A DNA stretch of 64,000 bases from a candidate division WWE3 bacterium (GTDB taxonomy: Bacteria > Patescibacteriota > WWE3 > UBA101185 > UBA10185): the NCBI GenBank assembly GCA_014729135.1, contig WJKK01000001.1, positions 535,590 through 599,589 of the forward strand, read 5' to 3'. Below the pieces are notes generated by a model. It did not search any database. It was not told the origin of the DNA and saw only the letters and a list, made by a program, of their open reading frames with translations. Of the stretch, positions 38,016 to 46,153 are shown piece after piece. Within the stretch, counting starts at the first letter, position 1, and every line of letters starts with the position of its first letter. Both the position numbers and the translations under genes were made by a program.

Positions 38016-39731
38016 ATGTTTGTTATTGAAAATATAAAAATTGATTGGTGGAGTCATTTATCTTTTGACAAATCAATTGAGCTTGAAGAAGGTGTAAACT
38101 TAATTATAGGAAAAAATGGGAGTGGAAAAACATCTTTATTACAGATGCTAGAAAGTGCTTCTAGAAATGCAAATTTGAGTTTTCCACCAGACGGCCTACT
38201 GACTTATAGCAATGGTGAAGAGCTCTCCAAAATACAGGTTAGAGAAACCTCTGGTGACCTTTCTACCTTGTCTTTTCGAGTACATGGTAACAATGCCACA
38301 TGGAATAATTTTCAACCTCTAGCAAGTAAAGTCAGGTTTATTACTTCGGACAGAAAGGTCAACATGACTTCCGCCGCCAATAATCCTATACCTATTATAT
38401 CCAAGGACATTTCAATCCCCGAGCCAGGGGCAGAAATTGATATTTCTTTAGAATTTACGCAAGCTATATTAAAGGACTTATTTGAGGAAGTTCAAAAATA
38501 CACTGCTAAAACAAATGTAGCAGAGGATATTGTGGAAAGTTATAAAGAAGGTCTGGTTGATTTTGATAAAGATATATCTATTGATCTGAGGAGGTCTCAA
38601 AATCCAATATTTTTTACAGATTACAAAGGAAGAGAAATTCAGATAAATAATTTGAGCTCTGGTGAGAAAGAATACTTATATTTCTATGCATTCCTGAGGA
38701 AGGTGAGAAATGATAAGGACAAAATTATATTAATTGATGAGCCAGAATTACATCTGCACAGTAGTCAATTACGAAAACTTTGCGAGTTAATTACTGAAAT
38801 TGGGAAAAATAATCAGGTTGTTATTGCAACACACTCAGGAGAAATTTTACAACATTTTATTGATACGAATATTGTTATGTTGGATAAGGGTACGGTAACA
38901 AACATCAGCACTAATATCGAAATGAAGGAAGCCCTTGATAGTATTGGGCTACCTGTTGACCCTTCCGTCTTTACAGCACATTGGATATGTGCAGAAAATG
39001 AACTTACAAAAAAATTTGCTGGTAAAAATGCTCCAACTACTCCAGAATTGCTTAAGTGGATCTTTGGAAAAAGTATAAAAAAACGATATTGGTCATTTGG
39101 AAATAACTATCAACGCGCAAATGCTGTTATAGAAGGTATTAAGAGTGTATCCTCAAATCCTATACCTTTAAAGCTACATGTAATCTTAGACGGTGACAAA
39201 CAAGTAAGATCTGTTTATAACTATCCCCCCAAGAAAGATTCCTCAAAAGATACAAAAGTTTTATATTGGCCTTTTTGGGAAATAGAGAATGTTTTATTGA
39301 TACCAGCCCTTGTTGATCAACTTGTGGTTGTGGAGGATGAAAACAAATCAGGTAATGATTTGCTTTGGGAAAAAATCGAGCTTAACAAAGAAAAGCTATT
39401 TTCATCAATACACAAAACGACACTTAAAAACCAATTACGAAAATATTCGGTTGATAAAGTGATCAAAAAGTCACCTAAGGAGGATCTTAAAATATGGAAA
39501 GACAAGGTGCTGGCAATCACTTTTGATAGTAATAAGCTAAGTAAGTCATTTGACGGTGTAATATCTAAACGTTCTTGGCAATGGATTCCTGGTAAAGAAT
39601 GTCTGCCCCTATTGTTGGAATTGGAGCCAAAATTATGGGAAAAAGTAAGAAAGCTTATTGACTCAGGTGGATTCCAAGATATTATTGCTTCTGTACCTGA
39701 ATTAGAAGGTTTAAAGGGTAAATTAAAGTAG
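38016..39731 (+). CDS. ABC-type (AAA_15/AAA_21-like) ATPase with TOPRIM-like C-terminus (OLD-family-like)
   Basis: GKNGSGKT Walker A, LSSGEK signature, LIDEPELHLH Walker B, IATHS; C-terminal ICAE, ILDGD and WEIENVLL. Confidence 0.8.
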   Translation: MFVIENIKIDWWSHLSFDKSIELEEGVNLIIGKNGSGKTSLLQMLESASRNANLSFPPDGLLTYSNGEELSKIQVRETSGDLSTLSFRVHGNNATWNNFQPLASKVRFITSDRKVNMTSAANNPIPIISKDISIPEPGAEIDISLEFTQAILKDLFEEVQKYTAKTNVAEDIVESYKEGLVDFDKDISIDLRRSQNPIFFTDYKGREIQINNLSSGEKEYLYFYAFLRKVRNDKDKIILIDEPELHLHSSQLRKLCELITEIGKNNQVVIATHSGEILQHFIDTNIVMLDKGTVTNISTNIEMKEALDSIGLPVDPSVFTAHWICAENELTKKFAGKNAPTTPELLKWIFGKSIKKRYWSFGNNYQRANAVIEGIKSVSSNPIPLKLHVILDGDKQVRSVYNYPPKKDSSKDTKVLYWPFWEIENVLLIPALVDQLVVVEDENKSGNDLLWEKIELNKEKLFSSIHKTTLKNQLRKYSVDKVIKKSPKEDLKIWKDKVLAITFDSNKLSKSFDGVISKRSWQWIPGKECLPLLLELEPKLWEKVRKLIDSGGFQDIIASVPELEGLKGKLK

Positions 39732-39738
39732 CATAAAC

Positions 39739-40161
39739 ATGACATTAGATCAGATATCGCTAATATTTAATATCGTGCAAGCAACGCTCCTGGGTGTTCT
39801 TTTTATTTACTTAAAATTCAATATTGAAAAAAGATTAAAAAAACACGAGTATTTTGTTACAGATCTAGGTGAGCTTAACAATAAAATGCACGATAGATTG
39901 GTTCACTTCGAAAAACATATTAGAAAACAAAAGCCAATATCACCTACTTTAAGAGAGAGGCTCTTAATGAATTCCTCCAGGCTAACAAAATATGATAAAC
40001 AAATTCCCAAACTTGTAGCGGATTTACTAGATTTATGGGATTCAGCTTTTGATAAGGATTCTATTACTTGTGTTGACGAGGCTACTTTATCAACAATAAG
40101 AGGAAAAAGTCTCAAGCTAACTTCAAAAATAAAAGATCGTGTGGATTCCTTAGTTGTATAG
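39739..40161 (+). CDS. Hypothetical protein with an N-terminal TM helix
   Basis: Starts 7 nt after the ATPase stop; hydrophobic ISLIFNIVQATLLGVLFIYL. Confidence 0.7.
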   Translation: MTLDQISLIFNIVQATLLGVLFIYLKFNIEKRLKKHEYFVTDLGELNNKMHDRLVHFEKHIRKQKPISPTLRERLLMNSSRLTKYDKQIPKLVADLLDLWDSAFDKDSITCVDEATLSTIRGKSLKLTSKIKDRVDSLVV

Positions 40162-40183
40162 AGTAGAGGTTATGTGGATTGCG

Positions 40184-40274
40184 CCAACCCCACCTTTGGT
40201 AAATAAACACTGTTATCAAATAAAAAGCTCTCAATAAATTCTCGCATTTGTTTATAACATGCCTCAGGACCCCA
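40184..40274 (+). repeat. 91-bp gene-less repeat, copy 1 (ACCCCA at both ends)
   Basis: About 90% identical to 42835-42925; runs ccaacccca...catgcctcaggacccca. Confidence 0.9.
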
Positions 40275-40367
40275 ATGAGAATTTCCTTTAACAACAATAA
40301 AATAATGAGTCCCTGACCGTACGGCTCGAACCTATACAAATCTAGTTTAGTGGTTTATCATAAACGC

Positions 40368-41636
40368 ATGACTATAAATAGGCTTCCAAACTCGGAACAC
40401 TTAACGGATGATGTTTTAGAAGAAATATTTGAACCAAAACCACCAGAAACAGCAAAGGATCAACCAAACAAATTTCAAGAGGTAACAGACTTGGTTTATG
40501 AGACCGACCCTTTAGGAAAAGCCTTGACTGGAAGAACCCCAGAACGTTTGGAAGAAGAAACTGGAATACCCACAGAAATTATGTTTCCAAAAGATGCAAA
40601 AATACTATATGTGGGAGATCCTTGGCAAAGAATGGGTCGGGAACTTGATGAGTCCCATGGAAGTAATCTAACTCTTATAGATTATGAGTATGGTGAAGTT
40701 GCCTCTTTTGTGAGAGATGATGAGAGTTTTAGAGAAAGCATTGCTCGGAAAGGTAATTATTTAGCTGAACAGTTAGAGGCTATGGTTGCAGAAGAGGTAC
40801 TAGCTGAATACAACGAGGAAGATGCTGAATGGCTAAAACATTTCAATGAGTTGGTACAAGAGGCAAATAAACTCTCAGAAGATGCAGACTCTGATGAAGA
40901 TTATGCGCGTGCCTCGGAAGCTTGGGGAAAAGCACGAGAATATATAGAAGAAACACATAAAGCGGATGTTGAAGACAAGGAACAGCAAGAAGCTGAACCA
41001 GGAGATACCCCAACTGATGAAGATTACGAGGATGACGAATTAGCTTATTTTAGAACCTCTGCTTGGTATGATTGTGTCTATGGTGAAAGGGGTTTTAAGG
41101 ATATTCCCGATTGGAATAATATAATAAAGCCCAAAGTTGAAGCATTAGAGCAAGAATTAAGCAATCTGCCTGAACAGGAAAGAGAAAGAAGAGTTGCAAA
41201 TGAGACACGTAGTTGGATTGAAGAAATTAGACTACAAAAACGTACCGAAAAATCAAATGTAGTAGAAGCTGTATTTCCACAACTGCCTTTTAAGGATGAG
41301 GCTTTTGATAGACTTGTCGCTTCCTGGTCAATCTCTGCACATGTATTTGCCGAACTAGATGAAGAAGGATTTGAGGTATTTTGGGATGAAACACACAGGG
41401 TTCTTGCTGATCAAGGGGAAGCCTATATTTTTCCCCTTAACTACTATTACTATGTTGACGAAACACTCATCAACAGTCTCGAGCAGATGAAAGAAAAACA
41501 TCCTGATATGGACTATGCAATATTAAATAATGAGGGTACACCTATTTCGTATGAAGAAGCTAGTTCGTATGGATACGGGGACGAATACACTTTAGTTTTA
41601 CATAAGGGTATCCCGAACGAAGCTGAACAAGAGTAA
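40368..41636 (+). CDS. Highly acidic protein with a split class I SAM-methyltransferase-like fold
   Basis: N-terminal AKILYVG..LTLIDY; C-terminal QLPFKDEAFDRLVASWS..ETHRVL.DQGEAYIFP; long acidic insertion between them. TATCAT lies 6 nt before ATG 40368. Confidence 0.65.
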   Translation: MTINRLPNSEHLTDDVLEEIFEPKPPETAKDQPNKFQEVTDLVYETDPLGKALTGRTPERLEEETGIPTEIMFPKDAKILYVGDPWQRMGRELDESHGSNLTLIDYEYGEVASFVRDDESFRESIARKGNYLAEQLEAMVAEEVLAEYNEEDAEWLKHFNELVQEANKLSEDADSDEDYARASEAWGKAREYIEETHKADVEDKEQQEAEPGDTPTDEDYEDDELAYFRTSAWYDCVYGERGFKDIPDWNNIIKPKVEALEQELSNLPEQERERRVANETRSWIEEIRLQKRTEKSNVVEAVFPQLPFKDEAFDRLVASWSISAHVFAELDEEGFEVFWDETHRVLADQGEAYIFPLNYYYYVDETLINSLEQMKEKHPDMDYAILNNEGTPISYEEASSYGYGDEYTLVLHKGIPNEAEQE

Positions 41637-41711
41637 TTTTTAACGCACTCCAACCAAAACAGAAGCTGTAATTTCATCTCTAACTTCCATTGACCAGCCA
41701 CCCCAGTAAAA

Positions 41712-41841
41712 AAAACAGGGGTTGTAAATTTCCGCTAACTTATCTTTCACATTCTTGCTTTCTATTGCGGAGCTAAAATAAAAATGGGTTAAAGAAACCA
41801 TAATTCTCTGGGTATAATTTAATCAGTAAGGAAATTTCCAA
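41712..41841 (-). pseudogene. Remnant paralog of the GIY-YIG-like gene 44471-44839
   Basis: Gapless 130-nt alignment to 44543-44672. Translates WKFPY*LNYTQRIMVSLTHFYFSSAIESKNVKDKLAEIYNPCF versus WKFPYWVNYTSGIMVSLSFHYCSSAIERKKIKDKLVEVYDPCF. Confidence 0.85.
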
Positions 41842-41854
41842 GTATACTTAAGAT

Positions 41855-42079
41855 ATGAGTTCTCAGATCGATAAAAAATTAGAAAAGTTACTTGTTACTT
41901 CTGATATACAAGATACAGACATTAAAGAATACTTAGGAGAAATGCCTAAAAATAATCAAACTCTATTGGAGATTCTCAAAAACATTAGAAAACACATTAG
42001 GACTTATGGTAGAAAAAGTGACTCTTTGGAAAATTACATAGAATTGGTAAAGGAACGGGTAGCTTCTGAGGATCTTTGA
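41855..42079 (+). CDS. 74-aa hypothetical protein, weakly like the C-terminal half of XRE 44921-45250
   Basis: TATACT box 6 nt before the ATG. Similar segments: KKLEKL/KTLEKI, TDIKEY/IDISEF, LENYIELVK/VKDYIEYLK. Confidence 0.55.
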   Translation: MSSQIDKKLEKLLVTSDIQDTDIKEYLGEMPKNNQTLLEILKNIRKHIRTYGRKSDSLENYIELVKERVASEDL

Positions 42080-42756
42080 ATAAACTCGTCTACATTTTCT
42101 GATTCTTTCCAAATATCTCTAAAATCAGGAAGAATATCTTCATGTTTTTTATAAGGTTCAGGCTTGTGGTTACCTGTAATATCTACAAATTCAGGAGTTT
42201 CAAGAATAACTACATTAAATATTTCAGAGAGATTCCAGAGTAAAGAATCGTTTGCATCTTCTATAAGTCCCGGATGTTTATCTACATAGTCGTAAAACAT
42301 AAAGTGCAACATTTCGTGTGCTCCTACATATACAGGACCTTCAGGATGTTTATAGTAAACTTGGAAAGTTTTTTGGTTTAAAAATCTAGGGTTACAGTTA
42401 AATATTGATAAGAAACCTACATAAGCACCTTCTGGCCATTCGTGGCCATTAAAAAGCTCTTTTGCTTTGTCTAAAAAAGTATCTTCTACATTGTTCCATT
42501 TTCTCTGTATTTTCTCTTGAGTTTCATGCAATTCTTGAGATTTTTCCTCATAAACCTGATCCACGTATTTATTAAAAAATTCGATTTTACTGTCACCTTC
42601 TAAATCTTTGGTTTCCTTTAATCTAGGATGAAGTGCTAATATAGTTTCACTAAAAGTATCTTTGGAGTCGAAAGTAAGAAATTCTTTCACAGTCCAGTAG
42701 TCCATCTCCTTATTTATCTCAAAATTTACATGTGGTTTGTTGTTTATGTAACCCAT
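42034..42756 (-). CDS. HEXXH zinc-metallopeptidase-like protein
   Basis: AHEMLHFMFY plus a downstream Glu (LSEIF). Paralog of 43652-44299. Confidence 0.7.
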   Translation of the reverse strand: MGYINNKPHVNFEINKEMDYWTVKEFLTFDSKDTFSETILALHPRLKETKDLEGDSKIEFFNKYVDQVYEEKSQELHETQEKIQRKWNNVEDTFLDKAKELFNGHEWPEGAYVGFLSIFNCNPRFLNQKTFQVYYKHPEGPVYVGAHEMLHFMFYDYVDKHPGLIEDANDSLLWNLSEIFNVVILETPEFVDITGNHKPEPYKKHEDILPDFRDIWKESENVDEFIQRSSEATRSFTNSM

Positions 42757-42834
42757 ACTTAAGTAGCATAGTGAAAAGTGATTGATTTAGCAATGCAATA
42801 AGAGATTAGCTGTCTTGCCTAATTTAGTATTCCT

Positions 42835-43012
42835 CCAACCCCACCTCTGGTAAATAAACACTGTTATCAAATAAAAACGCTTCAATAAATCCTCTCATTT
42901 GTTTATAACATGCCTCAGGACCCCAGAGGCTTTTGCGAAGCAAAAGGCGATGGTTGATCAAAATGCCTACAGCATTTTGACCTACCCGAAAACTTGGTAC
43001 TCCAAGTCTGAG
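42835..43012 (+). repeat. 91-bp repeat copy 2 (42835-42925) fused to a copy of the tRNA-His-proximal hairpin unit (42920-43012)
   Basis: accccagaggcttttgcgaagcaaaaggcgatggttgatcaaaatgc is identical to the sequence at the tRNA-His 3' end, followed by gcattttgacctacccgaaaacttggtactccaagt. Confidence 0.92.
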
Positions 43013-43025
43013 CATTGAGTACTAC

Positions 43026-43652
43026 CTAATTAAAGTTTTCATAATTCAATTCAAACCCGTAAATATCTTTAAAAGCTTTATTGAATTCATCTTCTGATTT
43101 AATGTTTTTCAATTCTTTGAGTAATTTCAAAAATTTATCTTTTTCATAGTTTTCAATCAAATGCTTAATAACAAAACCCGCCTCTTCATAAACTTCTAGG
43201 CTATCCATATCTTGATTATAGTGATTTAAAAAGTTCTTAAATTCTTTTGGAGGTTCTTTGTCATTTATTTCTCCGGAAAGATACATCGCGAGTCCTTCCC
43301 ACAACCAATCCGGAAGAACTTGGCCTTTTATTTGTGTATAAGCCCCTGTAAAAGAGTGCACTAATTCATGTCTAATTATTTCTTGATGCTCCTTCTTTGT
43401 ATATTTAGTTCCGTCTGCTTTCTTAAACTTATCTCTGTCAATTACATAAACGTCAAGTTTATCTGTCCAACCCGACATTGTTGGAGGTGCTTCCCCGTTC
43501 CAAAGCTCTTGAATTGTTTCTTCATCTTGTACTAGAAAGAGTTTAGGAGTATTTCTTGTCCAATCAAGTTCGAAGAAGTCACATAGCTCTTTCATAGCCC
43601 TTTTATACATTTTCTGGATTTTGGGTCTTTTAGGAGATTTAATTTCAAACAT
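43026..43652 (-). CDS. Peptidase MA-like zinc metallopeptidase
   Basis: IIRHELVH and PDWLWEGLAMY gluzincin motifs. Confidence 0.8.
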   Translation of the reverse strand: MFEIKSPKRPKIQKMYKRAMKELCDFFELDWTRNTPKLFLVQDEETIQELWNGEAPPTMSGWTDKLDVYVIDRDKFKKADGTKYTKKEHQEIIRHELVHSFTGAYTQIKGQVLPDWLWEGLAMYLSGEINDKEPPKEFKNFLNHYNQDMDSLEVYEEAGFVIKHLIENYEKDKFLKLLKELKNIKSEDEFNKAFKDIYGFELNYENFN

Positions 43653-44299
43653 TATTCTTTTTCTATTTTCCTAACAGCCGCACTAATTGCGTCATCTATG
43701 TTTTCCCAGTATTTAGAAGCATATAAGACTCTTAAATCTTCTTGATTTTTTAAACCGGGGTCTTCCGGATTTGTAAAAAACGTTAAAGACTCTTTTATTA
43801 GATGAAATTTTTTATACTTTAGTTTATCTCTAAGGTGCCCAAAGTAATGATGAAACATAAAGTGATTTAATTCATGCAAAATAGACATTAGCTGTTCAGG
43901 TATTTCTTCATTTAAACCTACATATGTATATTTGTTTTCATAACTGTATGGGTAGATGGGTAGTGTTGTGTAGAATCCTATAAGATTCTTAAAAGGAAAT
44001 TTCCTTTTATATAGGCTTTCTACTGTATATATAATTTGGTTTCCCACCACTTGCCAAGCCTTGTTTAACAGTTTCTCTTTTTGTTCAATTTGTTGAATAT
44101 TCTGGTTGTAATATTTTTGAAAGTACTTTGTTAGTTGCTGTTTGGCATTGGGAGTTTTTTCTTTGCTCAACATTTTTTGTATCTCTGGATTTGTGGTTTT
44201 TAACAATTCGTCTTTTAATTTTAGGTCTTTGTTTTTAAGTAGCTTCTCAACATAATTATCAACTTCTTTTTCTATATTGTAAGTACATTTAAAATTCAT
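43652..44299 (-). CDS. HEXXH zinc-metallopeptidase-like protein
   Basis: ILHELNHFMFH..IKESL. TAATG coupling to the next gene. Confidence 0.7.
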   Translation of the reverse strand: MNFKCTYNIEKEVDNYVEKLLKNKDLKLKDELLKTTNPEIQKMLSKEKTPNAKQQLTKYFQKYYNQNIQQIEQKEKLLNKAWQVVGNQIIYTVESLYKRKFPFKNLIGFYTTLPIYPYSYENKYTYVGLNEEIPEQLMSILHELNHFMFHHYFGHLRDKLKYKKFHLIKESLTFFTNPEDPGLKNQEDLRVLYASKYWENIDDAISAAVRKIEKE

Positions 44300-44335
44300 G
44301 GATTAGGTTTAGTTTACTTTATTAGTTGAAAAAGT

Positions 44336-44378
44336 AAAACCTGCGTGGTTTTATACGTTAAAATCACGCAGGTTTTTT
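44336..44378. terminator. Bidirectional terminator-like hairpin
   Basis: aaaacctgcgtg-gtttt..aaaat-cacgcaggtttt with A and T tails. Confidence 0.55.
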
Positions 44379-44470
44379 GTTACAACCCATTTGCCAAGAC
44401 CTGCAAGTTTATTCCTATAATGCGCACTTTAAATTTGGAAAGGGGAACAGACGGCTAACGCCGTCCGTTT

Positions 44471-44839
44471 TTATGTTTTAAGTAATGTATCTATTAGTAG
44501 AGGTTGGTGAGTAGTTGCAGATACAGATATAGCTAGTGGTTCAAAACAGGGGTCATAAACTTCCACTAGCTTATCTTTTATCTTCTTCCTTTCTATTGCG
44601 GAGCTACAATAATGAAAAGATAAAGAAACCATAATTCCTGAAGTATAGTTTACCCAATAAGGAAACTTCCAATGATTTTTAATTCCCTCTTCAAGCTTAT
44701 CTGTTTCTCCAATGTCCAAAAATATGTTCCTATCATGAATGATATAAACTCCCGGAAGGTTTTTAAACGGAATTTCAAGCGGATAAGGGCCTTGAAAGTC
44801 TATTCCTGCTAGTTTAATAGGATAATTAAATGACTCCAT
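44471..44839 (-). CDS. Small GIY-YIG-like protein
   Basis: PGVYII..LDIGETDKL..I..H resembles the GIY-YIG core; the conserved Arg appears to be replaced. Confidence 0.55.
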   Translation of the reverse strand: MESFNYPIKLAGIDFQGPYPLEIPFKNLPGVYIIHDRNIFLDIGETDKLEEGIKNHWKFPYWVNYTSGIMVSLSFHYCSSAIERKKIKDKLVEVYDPCFEPLAISVSATTHQPLLIDTLLKT

Positions 44840-44870
44840 AAATAAGTAAGGGGTTTTACTCTATGTAAAT

Positions 44871-44920
44871 ATTTTATGCATATATTTCACAAAGTCAACG
44901 ACTTTACTTATAATGCGAGT
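44871..44920. promoter_or_regulatory. Divergent promoters with a palindromic operator between the GIY-YIG-like and XRE genes
   Basis: aaagtc-aac-gacttt (44891-44905) overlaps a minus-strand TTGACT. Plus-strand TATAAT (44909-44914) lies 6 nt before ATG 44921. Confidence 0.55.
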
Positions 44921-45250
44921 ATGGTAGGAAAAAACGATAACTACATTGGAAGATATATGCGAAACCGTAGAAAAGAATTAGAAATGACCCAGGAGGATTT
45001 AGCGTCAGAAGTGGGTTTAACTACATCCACAATTAGTTTATATGAATCAGGTGATAGAACCCCTCCGTTAAAAACCTTGGAAAAGATTGCACATGCCCTG
45101 CAAATAGATATATCTGAATTTTTCACTGTCAAAGAAGCCATGAGTTCTTTAGAAGACCTTCTTAAAGCTCAACATTTGACGTTAGGGAATGTTGAAAAGG
45201 TAAAAGACTATATTGAGTATCTAAAGTACAAACAAAAGTGTGGTGCTTAG
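44921..45250 (+). CDS. XRE-family (HTH_3) transcriptional regulator
   Basis: RRKELEMTQEDLASEVGLTTSTISLYESGDRTP..LEKIAHAL. Confidence 0.92.
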   Translation: MVGKNDNYIGRYMRNRRKELEMTQEDLASEVGLTTSTISLYESGDRTPPLKTLEKIAHALQIDISEFFTVKEAMSSLEDLLKAQHLTLGNVEKVKDYIEYLKYKQKCGA

Positions 45251-45348
45251 AATAAAGGTCCGCAGCTTCCAACAGTTGTCTTCTCAACGACTATGGAGTA
45301 TAATAGTTCAGTATTGAGATCATTCTAGCTAGCGAAGGAGGAGAAAAA

Positions 45349-45657
45349 ATGAAGGTTATGGTCGTGGACGATGACCGCTCCTGGCGTGAGATCCATCAGA
45401 TGGTTCTCACTGAAGCGGGTTTTGAGGTTACAACTTTTTCCTCACTGCGCAGTGCCAGGAGTGCCTCTGCAGGGTTTGAGCGCTTTGTAATCGACGGTAG
45501 CATTGACGCGCCCGATGACGGCATCACCTGGGCAAAAGAATTGACGTCCCAGGGCAAAAAAGTGGTCGTTTGTTCAGGGCGAAACGTCCCCTCTGGGCTC
45601 AAGTCAGTTGGCAAAGGCAATTACAAACCTCGCCGCATTGCTCGCCTACTTCGATAG
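45349..45657 (+). CDS. Stand-alone response-regulator receiver domain
   Basis: VMVVDDD, VIDG (phosphoacceptor), DGI, VVCSG and K motifs. Strong SD (AAGGAGG). Visibly more GC-rich than its neighbours. Confidence 0.85.
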   Translation: MKVMVVDDDRSWREIHQMVLTEAGFEVTTFSSLRSARSASAGFERFVIDGSIDAPDDGITWAKELTSQGKKVVVCSGRNVPSGLKSVGKGNYKPRRIARLLR

Positions 45658-45670
45658 AACGTCGTCTACA

Positions 45671-45735
45671 GCCGTAAGGCATAGGAAATCTTTGGAGAAA
45701 TCCATCGAAACCCTGTGTCTTACGGCTTATTTTTT
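45671..45735 (+). terminator. Long hairpin terminator after the receiver gene
   Basis: gccgtaaggcatagg...cctgtgtcttacggc followed by ttatttttt. Confidence 0.6.
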
Positions 45736-45858
45736 AAAGCCATTCAACCATTTTTACTTGTTTTCTTCTTGTTTAACAACTTACTTCTTCCAGCAAATTT
45801 TCCAGAACTCTTTGGTTTACTCTATACTCAATCTCTTGGTTTAAAAATGCGTCTAATA

Positions 45859-46065
45859 AGTCACCCCATTCAAAATCGCGAAGCATTTTGAATGACTCAG
45901 GTAAATTCGAACTTTCACCCGTTATGATTTAGGAAGTGAGAATTTAGCTGTGCCTCACAACTTGTAAAGCAAGTTGTGAAAGTTTTGAACTACCCGAAAT
46001 CCGCCGCAGGCGGATTGAGCTCTGAGTATTTGTTTGCTACCTCACAAGTTGCACTCAACTTGTGA
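45859..46065 (+). repeat. tRNA-His end copy (agtcacccca) followed by a modular hairpin array
   Basis: Exact 10-nt match to the tRNA-His 3' end. 45864-45954 matches 36550-36640, and 45942-46019 matches 28-107. Confidence 0.92.
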
Positions 46066-46153
46066 ACTTCAGCAAAGCGAGCATTCGTCTGCCTCCAAAC
46101 ATTTCCAAACACCCCTTAGAACAACATGCTATAATTTATCCATCCAAAACTCC

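Noticed and set aside
41823-41825. TGA at a Trp position suggesting a recoded genetic code
   Set aside because: TGA terminates well-defined genes here (e.g. gatA, rsmI, ATGA overlaps), and the fragment also lacks its 5' part, so it is a pseudogene.
40184-42925. Diversity-generating retroelement TR/VR pair
   Set aside because: Both copies are intergenic, the differences are not adenine-specific, and there is no reverse transcriptase in the window.
42824-43015. Track ORFs 42824-43015, 40112-40339, 36601-36789 and the 5' extension 46034-46153
   Set aside because: They are translations of repeat DNA with no coding signals.
36454-46065. Classical integron or prophage
   Set aside because: No intI/integrase, no canonical attC, no phage structural genes, and cargo lies in both orientations.
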